A stretch of 64,000 nucleotides of DNA, taken from Phallusia mammillata (Eukaryota). The position numbers and the translations under genes are program-made. The notes under the pieces were generated by a model. That model searched no databases. It saw only the letters and a list, made by a program, of their open reading frames with translations, and was not told the origin of the DNA. The stretch lies in the NCBI GenBank assembly GCA_965637545.1, contig OZ281498.1:26474001-26538000 (forward strand). The letters are read 5' to 3'. Positions 22,884 through 35,500 of the stretch are shown in pieces. Each line of letters opens with the position of its first letter. The first letter of the stretch is position 1.

Positions 22884-24910
22884 CTGCTTCTTTAGCTCAA
22901 TTATGTCGACAGGAACTTCTTGAATGTGGAATATTTCAAAATCGGAAATTGTAGCCTGAAGAAAGAAAACAATTTTGTGTTGATGACTCTTAATCTGTTA
23001 CTTATGTGCAAATTAATGGAAACAGTATGAAACCAAAGTTCAAACATATCGCAAAAATGAACAACCCACAAAAAATCTAGCTGGTTGTAATTTAAATCCA
23101 ACCCCTTATATCTGCTTCCTAATAGCAAAAGTTTTAAAGGAGCATGTTTGTTTTTTTGTTTTAGTTATGACCAGTCAGCTAAACCAGCTTCAACATGGAA
23201 GCTATCAAAAAGTATAAAGACAATGTAAAGTATGGTTGAGGGTTAAATTGTCAATGCTTGGATGCATGGAATTGGGGTCATTTGGTTGTCAAAATATCAA
23301 TGAAGCGTTGAATTGACCGAAACAAGAACCCTTTAAATTGACCAAAACAAGAACTCAAATACCTACTTTGCTTTGTTGTATCGGTCCACTTTGACACAAA
23401 GAAACTTGCCCTGTTTGTGCCAGTTCAGTCGGATGTCAGAAACATTGAACAAGTTTTTAACTCAAACTTCTTTCTTGGATGGAATTGTAAGAATTGTGAG
23501 CGAGCTGGTATCTTGTTTTGCTCGGGTACCCAGAAAGCTAACATGTTGGCCAAGGGTGACCACACAAACTCGCTAAAATTCAAGAAAAGCTTAATACTGA
23601 TTTGCTATGTTTGTTCGAGGTTACCAAAAGCTTTGATACACACCTCACTCCATCAACTGGTATGCTCTTTTTGTCCAAAAATCCCATGCTCTGTAAACAG
23701 TATGTATGAACATTAAAGACCAATAATACAAATCTTTCGATAAAGGTAGAAAATATATGAAATTTTGCATGTAAATTATTGTAATGAATTGTTTAAAATT
23801 GTTGAGTGCAGAATGGGGGTAACTACTTTGTTTTATATATTGTGGTTTTTAATGTCAGTTATTAGTTTTTTGCTTTAGCTACTTACAGGAGTTTCATAGA
23901 CACTATAGAACAGTTATTATTATGTTTTTTTCTTTCTTTTATGTTATAACAATTTTTATTAGCTAATGAAATCTGATATGGGAAAGATCGCTCAAACTTT
24001 CTACATTACTCTGCAGGTTACAAAACATCATGTCCAGTTTGAACATGTAAAACACAACATTAAGGTATGTAAAAGATTTCATTACATACTTAAATATCGG
24101 CCACTGCCTGTCATCAGCTCCAGACATGTCGGCATGGAAACCCCTCTTCTTGGTGCCAGTGAAATCTTCCAATATAATAATGGACTGGACATCTTCACTT
24201 GTTCCTGCATTGGCTGAAAGTTACCAAGTATCTGCAAAAAAACAAGGATATTTTTTGTCTCTGTTTTGATTTAGTTTGGCTCACAATCCTAAAATCCAAC
24301 TAATTTTAATAAACAATCAAAGCACTTGCATAAAAAACAATGAATGGTATCTTTATTTTACAGGTAATTGCAGCTATGCAGGCTTGTTAAAAAGTTAGAA
24401 AAGTGTACAAAATCAAGGATATCCTAAATACAATACTGTTAGTTCAAATATATGCATGCTGCTCGGGTATGTTTTAAACTTCGAAGCTATAACTGTACAT
24501 AAAAACTCAAAAAGTGCACTACAACATATATATTATAGATATATGGCACAAGTATTATTTTTTATGTAAACTTTGCACACATTAGGTAAGATTAAAAGCT
24601 TATTTATAACTTTTGTCTAAACATAACATGCATTCACACCAATAGTTGTGCCAGATGTCCATTAAATACGGGTTGGTAGATTGTAAAAAGTTGTATACAC
24701 CAGACATTAATCATTTTATTGAACAAAACCACATAACCAGAAAACAAGGCCAGGCATAAATCCATCCGTAATGCAAATAGTTTACTGCACCCTGATCTAT
24801 ACTAAAGACCACTTCTCACCTTTCAGATGGTGAAAAGTTAATAAGTTGGACACCTAGGTGGGCAAATCTCTGAATCTGCTTGAAGTGTTCCCCTCCCCAT
24901 AAAGCTGCTC
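22884..24910 (-). pseudogene. EIF3B: eIF3 subunit B, unprocessed (intron-retaining) internal fragment
   Basis: Exons 24910-24820 ([31 protein letters not shown]), 24231-24090 (YLVTFS/frameshift/…QSIII…TGTKKRGFH…WPIFK), a remnant ending at 23887 (SVYETP), 23690-23644 (SMGFLDKKSIPVDGV), 23572-23367 (EFVWSP…AFWVPEQNKIPAR/frameshift/LTILTIPSKKEV*VKNLFNV…LCVKVDRY) and 22955-22884 (ATISDFEIFHIQEVPVDIIELK). Colinear with eIF3b, with two frameshifts and a TGA stop. Confidence 0.92.
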
Positions 24911-27900
24911 CTTAATTTTAAGTTAGTTAGTAAGAAAATACATTTAAATACTACAAAAGGCACAATGCACCAACCAATGCATAAAATTCCTAGGTCATGT
25001 ACCTTAGTAGTTCATGACTTTTTGACGTTCAAAAGCACAAAAGAAAAAAAATGTAATGTTTCCATGTTATTCAACCTAGTCGATAATAAGTTACTGTGCA
25101 AACTAGAGATGAGGGAGTGGAACCACTTTTCATTGGTTCAGGTTCGGGTTTGCTAATATATTGTTTTCAAGGGTTCAAGGTTCATTTCAGGTTAATATAT
25201 ATATACACATTTTCACATTTAAGTTTTGTTATAGTTGGAGAAAGTTACCCGGCCTGAAACGGTTTGCCTTTTTTCAATCAGTTTAAATCTCATTTTGTTC
25301 AACTTTATTTCTACCCACACCTTCTAATTCTTTATTTTTGGCACACACTATAGCTATTATTCCACCTAGACTATGGTATGTTGTTTTGAAATAAACAATT
25401 TTGTGGCGGCAATTACATAATAAAAGTTATCTGTTTCAGTTCTCATTTAATTTCTTAATTGTTGATCATCTTTTCTTGAAGTTTTGATTTAATTGTGTGT
25501 CACATTATTCTACACAATAAGGAATAGTACTGTAAACTGCAAAAACAAACACTTTTAAAAACAATTGTAAAAAGTTTGAAAACACCCAAAGTATAAATGT
25601 GTTTAATGATTTGGTGTAAAAACTTTTAAGCAATTTCGCTCATTGTTATGCAATCTTTATAGGATTTTGTAAACTTAATATGAAGTACAACAATGCTAAG
25701 CATCCACCCTAAAAAATGCAGTTTGTTTTAAAATACTTTGTGTCTGTTTGATTGCTAGGATCTTTTAACATAATATTGCTTGCCAAAGTTACAATGGTTT
25801 ACAGAATATACGCACTAGAAATAAGAACACAACAAATGTAAAATCTCACACACCCAAAAAACATGATGCTTTGGGACTTTGCCCTTTGCTTGTATACTTT
25901 TCTATTGTTGCATATGCACAGTCTTGTTACAGTAACCAATCAGTCATATCTGTAACTAAAACAACAAGTTATTTTTTTTTGGAATGTCACACAAAATGTA
26001 TGGCAAATTGTATGGCAAATGCAAATCAAATGTTTCGTATATATAAGGTGCTTTTTAACATTAGATATGATTTTGCAATCATGTACTTTATAGTGCTACC
26101 ATTTTGCTAGAACATTCATGGTATTTGCATTACAACTGTTAGTTATACAATTAAACTGTTTTTGCATTTTTTTGCAAAAAAAAGTTTTGCCATTAGAAAT
26201 ATAGTTGACATAACTTTATTGGTTCCTAGTATTGACCTGACTAATTCAGGATAAATTCAGTAAAGCCATCAGCAAAAAAATGTGGTAATGTTGTGTGGCT
26301 TTGAACTTTCACAGCCAGAGAAAACCAGCCAATATGTCATAATACTCTAGAGTATTACATCTATACTTTGTGTTTACAAGAGCGTATTAATAACATGTGT
26401 ATTAATAATTAAATATATTTTTATCTGTGCTTCAATGCTCGAAAAGCGTAGAATATTGTGTTAACATTTTAAAATTACTGGTGCGTTTCTGTCACAAGAA
26501 AATTAAAAAAACACTTACCGAAAACTTGTTACTTCGCACAAACCGCGTGTTTCAAGCTACATTATTAACTAATATGCTTTCCTTCATAAACTAGTTAAAA
26601 CAGCTGTTAAACAAAGCACATTAACATTTTACAAATTAGTTTTATGCAAGAGACCGAAACGCTCGTTTGCAAACTCGAGTTTTATTGTTTACGTTTTAAG
26701 ATTTCTATGAACATAAAAAATCTCTTTAAAAAGCAAAGAAATCAAAAATTCAGCGCAGCTTTTAAGCTCCGAAACGAACACTATGCTTAACGGCGCCTAA
26801 CCTAACCTTACCTTACCTTGCGACTCCTTCCGTTTACACTGCGATTATCGGTGCGTACCTAAGCTTACTAAATAATATACTAGACGTATTTTTCAGCTCA
26901 CAGCAAATGTCGATGACCATAAATTACCACATAAATTTATTGTTACCTATTTTAGATCGAAAAAGCTTTGTATCAATCTAAATTAAATCAGATTTTGTTA
27001 GTAAACATGATTTTGCATCTTGGTATGATACAGGATTGTTCAGGGTGTTGTTGAATAGATTGGTGGCATGTTTATCTCATTTTCATGTTTCTATGACATG
27101 TAGTCCGCTGTGCTAGGGTAAATGTACATTTTAAATGCAATTAATTACAATATTTAAACACAATAAAACATAACATGCAATCATAACCATGTAATAAATA
27201 CTTAAATTGAAGGCAAATAGCGTGTCATCATTCATTTTTGGCAATTGAACCAGCTTTTTCAAAACAGAAACCCGTACACGGCGATAACACAAACCGTTTG
27301 CGCAGGTTCAAGCAGCTTGATACGCAGAAAAACGCTCGGCAGGCGATCGCTCACTCATTTCTACGAGACTTGAGCGCCCGAAATCAGTCAAGCGCGAAAC
27401 CAGACAGAAAAAATGAAACAAACAAACTTACGCAGGTCTGAGCGAGCGCGATACGCATAGTGTAAATGGGCCTTTACACACTATACACTCGTACATGTGT
27501 ATTATATCACTCTGATAAATCCACTTTTCAGTGTTACATTGTTTATCCCTGTAAACTAAACCAAAGGTCTGATGGCTTTTGTCGGTTTTGTACTTTAAAT
27601 GCCGCTGCAGCATCATGCAATCCATACTACGCGCATGACTCTGTTTTTCAGAATCGGAAACAATTAAAGGAGCCTTGAGTTTAAAGTTATTGTATCGAAA
27701 ATTAGTTGAATGAAACGTGAACTTTCAGCGGCTCGCAAATAGTTTCAACAACTTCCTGTCCTGCACTTTGTATGCAACTGCTCGTTGTTGGCACTTTGCA
27801 ATGTTTGTCACAGTTGTGAGTTGCTTGCAGAAGGGACAGTGCTTGAGAACGCTAGGAGGTACCTGAGATTGATTAAGTTAGAATAAAACATAACTGTGGC

Positions 27901-28054
27901 AGCGGATTTAGCAATCGCAGTTATATTTGTTGCTTTAAGATGTCAAATGAGTTTTTTTGTATTTTAAATTTTAATTGCGGTCCTGGCATTTAATGCATAA
28001 TCCTAATTAATGTTAATACTGGTGTGTATTTTATAGGAAAACTATAGGATTGGT

Positions 28055-31000
28055 ATGAAAACCTTGTGTATAATCGTTTTGTCACTATTCTGTCGTTCAG
28101 TCTCAATTGTACGACCTGGTAAGTAAGAAAGTATCAGTTACTCCTTATTTGCAATCAAACTTGTACCGCAGCGGTTACTTGTACTGTATTGATGTGGTGT
28201 CGTGTTTACCTAAATGATAAATTTTGACCCATCGTTTCCAACTTATTTTAAGATGATGTACAGTATTTACTTTTATTGTTGTCTTTTAAATGGATTATAA
28301 CAGGCAAACACAAATTTAATGCTTTTAGGATTGTTATTACAAGTTGCATATTTTTTGCAGGTTCTTCACAAATAATTTGCCCCAGCAGAGATCTAAATCT
28401 CATCGAGTCTGGCAGAAAATGTCGGAAACCGTGTTCAAGTGATTCAGATTGTAGAGGGCGCCTCAAGCGGTGCCGATGTGACGATGTTTGTGGCATGTCG
28501 TGTTTCCGCCCAAGTAAGTTGATGGTAATCGAATTAAAAAATGAATTGTCAGGTAATATCTGTAAACACGAGCAGAAGAATTTGAGATTTTCCTTTTGTG
28601 ACGGTTTTAAGACACCTTCGTTTCACGAAATTAAGTTACGCAGGTGGAACCCTGGCAGAACGAAAATAAAGCAAATGATTGTGTAATATGTTAGAGTAAA
28701 ATGCATGTGAAAGGTTTCGATCTTAATTTTATCGTAGGGTGGGTAATATAATTGCAAAAAGTTGAACTTATCGGAGAAAATTAAATTGCTGATGTGAATG
28801 GTTTCTCTTTGATGTATTGCGCTTTTATCGTTATTTTTTCTTAATATTTTTTTTTCTTAATATAATATTTTTCCCTTGAAATCATTCAGTCGTGAATAGA
28901 TTGGTCAACACTTACTGTCCATTTCCAATATCTCCATTCAACGAGTGTAACCGAAGTAACATAAAAGTATTAGTTTGCACAGTTAAAATCGTAAAAGTAT
29001 TTGATCACTGATATCAATTTAATGACCTTCAGAAACCTTGTTTATGAATGTGATCAAAGAGTTTGTTTAATGCTGAGCTTATTGTCGCCATTTGCGTTAA
29101 CAGATGCGGTGTGTGTCAGTTTAAAGGTTGAGTTTGGAAGAGTCATTTATCGTTCCCGAAAGTACGGATCTCAGGCGGGCACAGCGGCACGGTGTTTAAG
29201 TAAGTTGTTTCAGTCGTGAACAGATTGGTCAACACTTACTGTCCATTTCCAATATCTCGATTCAACGAGTGTAACCGAAATAACATAAAAGTATTAGTCT
29301 GCACAGTTAAAATCGTAAAAGTATTTGATCACTGATATCAATTTGATCACTGATATGTGTTTAAGTAAGTTGTTTGGTCGCTTCAGGTTCTTTAGTCAGT
29401 TCATACCAAGAAGATATTCGAACTATCGTTTTGTCTTGGTAAATTCTTATGTTTCAATTCTGTTCCGTTCAAAGCCACTTGGTTTGTAGCGACAAACTTC
29501 AGTATGTATATTTGTGACAGTTTTACGATGCAATGAACCAGTGGCACCTAATCATGGTTCTGTTGCAACCGAAGGAGTTGATTTCAATTACGGATCTCGG
29601 GTTGATTTTGCCTGTGACCCAGGTTATGAGAACATTGGAAGTGCTTGGGCAATTTGCAATGAAAACGCTACTTGGAAAGGAATGGCAAACTGCACGGGTA
29701 AGCAAATTTTAGTTTAAAGCAAGAAGTATGCTATTGTTATACACCTAATCTTTGAACCATACAAAGCCGGTTTACTGTGAGCAAGCCTTTATATTCCATT
29801 AAAAATCCCAACATCAAACGGCAAATAAAATCTTCAAAAAACACATTTTCTGATAAGAATAAGTTTAACGAAGTTTTGAAAATAACCGAATGAAAAAGTT
29901 GTTCAAATATTTCAATTTAATTTGCGAATGTTGCAGATTACCTAATCAAAGCATGCGCATTATTTACGTTTTAGTGAAACCGCATCAGGCAAATTTGTTT
30001 TAACAGTCTAATATTTTCATGTAGGTATAAAACTGAAGTGTGGGCAAACTGTAAACCACACAAGCACTTCAACTTCCCGATCCGTTGGTCGAGTTGTCGG
30101 AGGAATTAATGCAGAAAGGTCTTGGCCATGGCAAGCTTTAATTATGGTCAAGCACGGAACAGTTTATAACGTAAGCAACGGTACAGTTTTATTGAGCCCA
30201 AAACTGTTCATGTTGAACAAACAGCTTGACCGATTTTACTTTTATTCCTCGGTCTTGATGGCTAACCTGGTCGATTTTGTGTAATTGTTTAGAGCTTCGC
30301 GAGTAGTTTTGCCGGTGGAACTCTGATCAATCAACATTGGGTTCTAACAGCAGCACATATATTTGATCGTTACTCCAACATTGAGAATTGGACAAAACGC
30401 TTCGTAGTGGCCGTAGGTAATAAAAGATAAAAAAATACTTGCAAGTTGCGTTGTATGTTACATGACAACAGAGTTATATTCTTATTTTTGAAAGGGATTT
30501 TTAGAAGACCTGACAGAAGAAGTAACATCGACTCTTATGTAATTGTGTTTCAACCGAGAAATATTGTTGTACATGACCGGTTCGACCGATCTGATCGACA
30601 TGAAAGAAGCAATTATGATTACGATGTTGCACTGGTAAGATTAAAAGTTTGTTAAATATTAAACGACCTCAAATCATATCAAATCGAGCAGGGTACAGTT
30701 GGACCTAGGCCAACGCAACTGAGCACATCAAAATCAGTGTTAGTTTTGAGTCGATGAAGTGACCTTCAAAAACATTTACAGGAGGACTCCAGCCGTGTGA
30801 GTTAACAAGGGATCCTCCTTTGCGGACACAAAAGGAAAAGAGACGTATCATTTGACCATAGTTTTGTAAATGTTTTTTTTTTCAGATTCGCGTGGGCATA
30901 GGACTTAGTACCATCAAAGAAAATAGACTGTGGAATTGGACCGACAACGCACCTAAGTTTAACGGGACAATTCCACTCTCAACCCATGTGAACCCTATAT

Positions 31001-32148
31001 GTCTTCCCTGCAGTAACTCATGTATTCCGATAGAAAACAATATGTTCCGAAATGGAAGCAGATTAATAAACGAGAATGACTCTGAAGGTGTCAAATGTCT
31101 CAAGAAAGGTAACTTCCTGCCGGGCGTCATATTGGCCAAGCTTTATTGTGTAATTAACTGCAATACTGTCGTATTAATGATGGGCTACATGTAGAGATTT
31201 AATGTGAATTTGAACGAAATATGCGAAATATGATTACGCTAATATTTTGTGCAGCTAAGAAGAAAAAAACGATGCAAGACAATTAGGATAAAAGAACCCA
31301 ACAACGCGCCCAACAAGATTTTTTCCTTTTAGGAAAGTGGCTTGCGAATCATTTCACTGAAGATCGAGCACCGGTGTTCGTTACAGGTTTTGGTTTTACG
31401 AATTTGACACGCAGAACCATGCCATTCCAACTTCAACAAGCAACTCAACGAATTCAACCTGACTCAATGTAAGGCAAAATGCTACTTTATATGTCTCCAA
31501 ATCTTGTTATACTTTTATCTTCAGATGTAAAATTGCTGCCAACAAAATAGTACATGAAACTTTACTGGATGTAAGGTATACAGACCGTAGGATTTGTGCT
31601 CGATCTGAAACGAGTACAGTATCGGATGCTTGTCAGGGTGACAGCGGTGGACCTTTGATGCGAAAGGTATGTTAGCCATAAGAAATGCTTCACGTATCAG
31701 AAAACACCCGCTGAAATCTATAAAAATCGCCAGATTAGTTGACTAATCAGCTAATTTACACTTGACGCTATTAGTTTAACAGTGGTACCACGATACTTGT
31801 TAAAATACGTATTAATGCCAGTTCCAGCACAAGCGCGATAACCTGCGTTACCTGGAGTAAAGTTTGAATTTAGAATATTTGGGCTATTTGCCTAAATCGT
31901 AGTTATCAAAACAATGTAGTCTTTCTGAGTGGACTAATATGGTAAAAAATTTCTACTGGCAGTACAAAATCCCAAACACCTCAGAATCGTGTTGGATTCA
32001 AGTTGGAATCGTTAGTTTTGGATACAAATGCGGTCAAGTCGACAGAAATACTGGTTTCCGCTTTCCAGGATTTTATACTGATGTTTCCAAAGTTCAGAGC
32101 TGGATTGATTCAACCATTGGTAAATACGACTATTGCAATTACCCATAA
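28055..32148 (+). CDS. Secreted modular trypsin-like serine protease: signal peptide-WAP-CCP(deleted)-CCP-S1 protease, 528 aa, complement/LEV-9-like
   Basis: Exons 28055-28118, 28361-28513 (WAP-like C..C..D.DC…C.CD..CG.SC), 29104-29199, 29521-29697 (CCP), 30025-30170 (R|VVGG), 30293-30416 (TAAH), 30495-30634 (DYDVAL), 30886-31108 (PICLPC), 31333-31468, 31525-31666 (DACQGDSGGP) and 31963-32148. All GT-AG with consistent phases; 1587 nt in total. Confidence 0.92.
28886..29375 (+). repeat. 135-bp direct repeat and duplicated donor site flanking a shortened CCP exon
   Basis: 28886-29020 is approximately equal to 29210-29344. GTGTTTAAGTAAGTTGTTT occurs at 29192-29210 and 29357-29375. Confidence 0.9.
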
Positions 32149-32590
32149 TTCTGAACTATGAAATCAGTTTTTGTAATAACTAGTTTGAAAAAGAAACCAA
32201 AATTGTAACTTATGCATCATAATTCCAAAGCGAATTTAAGTTACAATATCGTCCAACCATTAGAAACTTTCAACGTGAAAAGTTGCAGTATAAAATATTT
32301 CACTCAAGTTTGGGCCTGAAACAAATAACTCTTAAACGCATTTCAAATTTAGCTCTTAGTTGCACTTGCTGGCAAACTCGGATGTCCAATTTTGTTGGAT
32401 TTAAGTCGATTCTGTAAAGTAAAACTTCTTGAACAGTTGTCCGAAAAGTGTTATAGTATTTTTCTACTCGGAACACTAAAAGTATTATTTGATTTTCTGC
32501 ATTACATATTTAACTGATATGATGCACTGAATTATTTTTGAAACATCGAAAATATTTATTTGTGTTTTTGCACCGACGCTTTTCATGGAG

Positions 32591-35500
32591 ATGGAATAAA
32601 GTGTCCGAGTTTCGAAGTTGAAAACGGTCGCCTAGTTCCACAACAAAGTGTATACGCCCATGGCTCAACTGTTACCATCGAATGCAATACTGGTTATCAA
32701 CTAAATGGGACAAATTCTCAAACCTGCTCAGAGGATGGTCTGTGGGTTAACGATCAACCAAGGTGTATAGGTATGTTGAAATTTATCAACAGATTAATGG
32801 ACATCAATGGGGGCTGGGTTTTTAAGAAGAAACTTAATCCGATTATGTTCTTGTTTTCCTACAACTCATATATTTTAAGTTTTTCACAAACAAAATACTT
32901 AAACCGTCTTTGCAGACCCGAAGTGTCCAGATTTTCCGCGCTGGATTGACAATGGCGAGATTAGGATCACGTATTCTCGTGAAAGTCAAGGAAATCACCT
33001 CCCTGGGACTAGAGTCAGTTACACATGCCAAGATGGTTACAAGATTAACAGCACAAGTTATCAAACTTCGGTCACATTTACCTGTCTTACGACCAAACGA
33101 TGGAATGCCAACCCAAGTACCGTATCATGTGTTAGTAAGTCAGTTAATGAACAGAATATGTTGTCCGCAAAAGACAAAAATTAATTGCCTGTCAGGTCAT
33201 TTGATGTGCTACACGTTTTTGCAGAAAAAACTTGTCCACCGATGAGAAGAATCATCAACGGACAAATGAATCCTGTATTTCAAGAGAGGTTGCGCCACCC
33301 AGTGGGCACATCTGTTTCGTTTACATGTTCATCTGGCTACAGGTTGACGAAAACAAGACCACTTCGTTGTCGGGATTCCGAAAGTTGGTCTAGAACCCAA
33401 CCAAAGTGTCGAGGTAATATGTTGTAATGATGTTAAGTCTCGAATTATCCTGTGTGATCTGTGATCAGTTCAGATGGACACAAAATTATTGTTGCCCTAT
33501 GATTTTTCTAGTTGCATATAGCCTACTTACTTGGCATGTCGAAAAGTAATCGATTTATTGCCTCTGACGTAATAATGGAGCGTTCCGGTTTTTCTTCAAA
33601 TCAAATTCACAATGACAGCGTTAAACGGTATTCGTTTTCGATTACAAATACCCTTGCAGATATTCACCACACAAATTCAGTTTATTCGTATTCAAATATA
33701 AAAAGTACATAATTAATAAACATAAGCATAAACATATACAGCAAACAAGTCAATTGAAAGTTACACTGAACATCAGCCAAACAAATCAACTACTGAACAC
33801 TAACACTAGGTCAAGGTCTAAGCTGCAACAGCTTGGCAAACTGCCACATAACAAAACACTGATGCATAAATAATTTAACTCCTGCATCAAATAAAATTCA
33901 CTAATGCATATAAGGTACAACATGTCAAGGGCGGACAAAATATACTTTTGCTGACCACATTTTACTAAGTGGCGATTTCAAACACAATACGTTTTTTAGT
34001 TTACTTTCAATAAACTCTTTGACAAAACTGTGCTGTGGCGATGTATTTGCAGAATTGCAGAAACGTTAGGATTATTCCGTGTTTTATTTAAAAACAAACG
34101 CTTTTGCAGTGATACGGTGCAGGAGTTTCAGAGTGGCCGAAGGTCGTCTGATTCCACAACAAAATTCCTACGCTACTGGTTCAACGGTTTCTATCGAGTG
34201 CAATGAGGGCTTCACAGTAAATGGGATGAATTCCCGAAGCTGCTCTCAGAGTGGTGATTGGGTTGGAAAAATACCGATATGTACAGGTACGTTAGAATTT
34301 GTTAACAGAATAATGAACATCAATGTGGGCTGGGTTTTTAAGAAGAAACTTAATCCGATTATGTTCTTATTTTAAGGAAACAAACGACATTTAATTTTAA
34401 GTGTTGAAATGTGTGTAACTGACCCTTGTAAAGTGGTTAAACAAAACACACTTAATTCTCTTCATATGACTCGAATAGACACACACTTTCACAAACAAAT
34501 TACTTAAACCGTCTTTGCAGACCCGAAGTGTTCAGATTTTCCGCGCTGGATTGACAATGGCGAGGTTAGGATTACGTATTCTCGTGAAAGTCAAGGACAT
34601 CGCCTCCCTGGGACTAGAGTCAGTTACACATGCCGAGATGGTTACAAGATTAACAGCACAAGTTATCAAACTTCGGTCACATATACCTGTCTTACAACCA
34701 AATGATGGAATGCCAACCCAAGTACCGTCTCATGTGTTAGTAAGTCAGTTAATAAACAGAATATGTTGTCCGCAAAACACAAAAATTAATTGCCTGTCAG
34801 GTCATTTGATGTCTTCCGCGTTTTTGCAGAAAAAACTTGCCCACCATTGAGAAGAATCATCAACGGACAAATGAATCCTGTATTTCAAGAGGGGTTGCGC
34901 CACCCAGTGGGCACATCTGTTACGTTCACATGTTCATCTGGCTACAGGTTGACGAAAACAAGACCACTTCGTTGTCGGGATTCCGAAAGTTGGTCTAGAA
35001 CCCAACCAAAGTGTCGAGGTAATATGTTGTAATGATGTTAAGTCTCGAATTATCCTGTGTGATCTGTGATCAGTTCAGATGGACACAAAATTATTGTTGC
35101 CCTGAGATTTTTCTAGTTGCATATAGCCTACTTACTTGGCATGTCGAAAAGTAATCGATTTATTGTCTGTGACGTAATAATGGAGCGTTCCGGTTTTTCT
35201 TCAAATCAAATTCACAATGACAGCGTTAAACGGTATTCGTTTTCGATTACAAATACCCTTGCAGATATTCACCACACAAATTCAGTCTATTCGTATTCAA
35301 ATATAAAAAGTACATAATTAATAAACATAAGCATAAACATATACAGCAAACAAGTCAATTGAAAGTTACACTGAACATCAGCCAAACAAATCAACTACTG
35401 AACACTAACACTAGGTCAAGGTCTAAGCTGCAACAGCTTGGCAAACTGCCACATAACAAAACACTGATGCATAAATAATTTAACTCCTGCATCAAATAAA

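Noticed and set aside
28055-32148. Naming the protease as factor B/C2 or MASP
   Set aside because: It has no vWA domain (Bf/C2) and no CUB-EGF-CUB (MASP/C1r/s), so no gene symbol was assigned.
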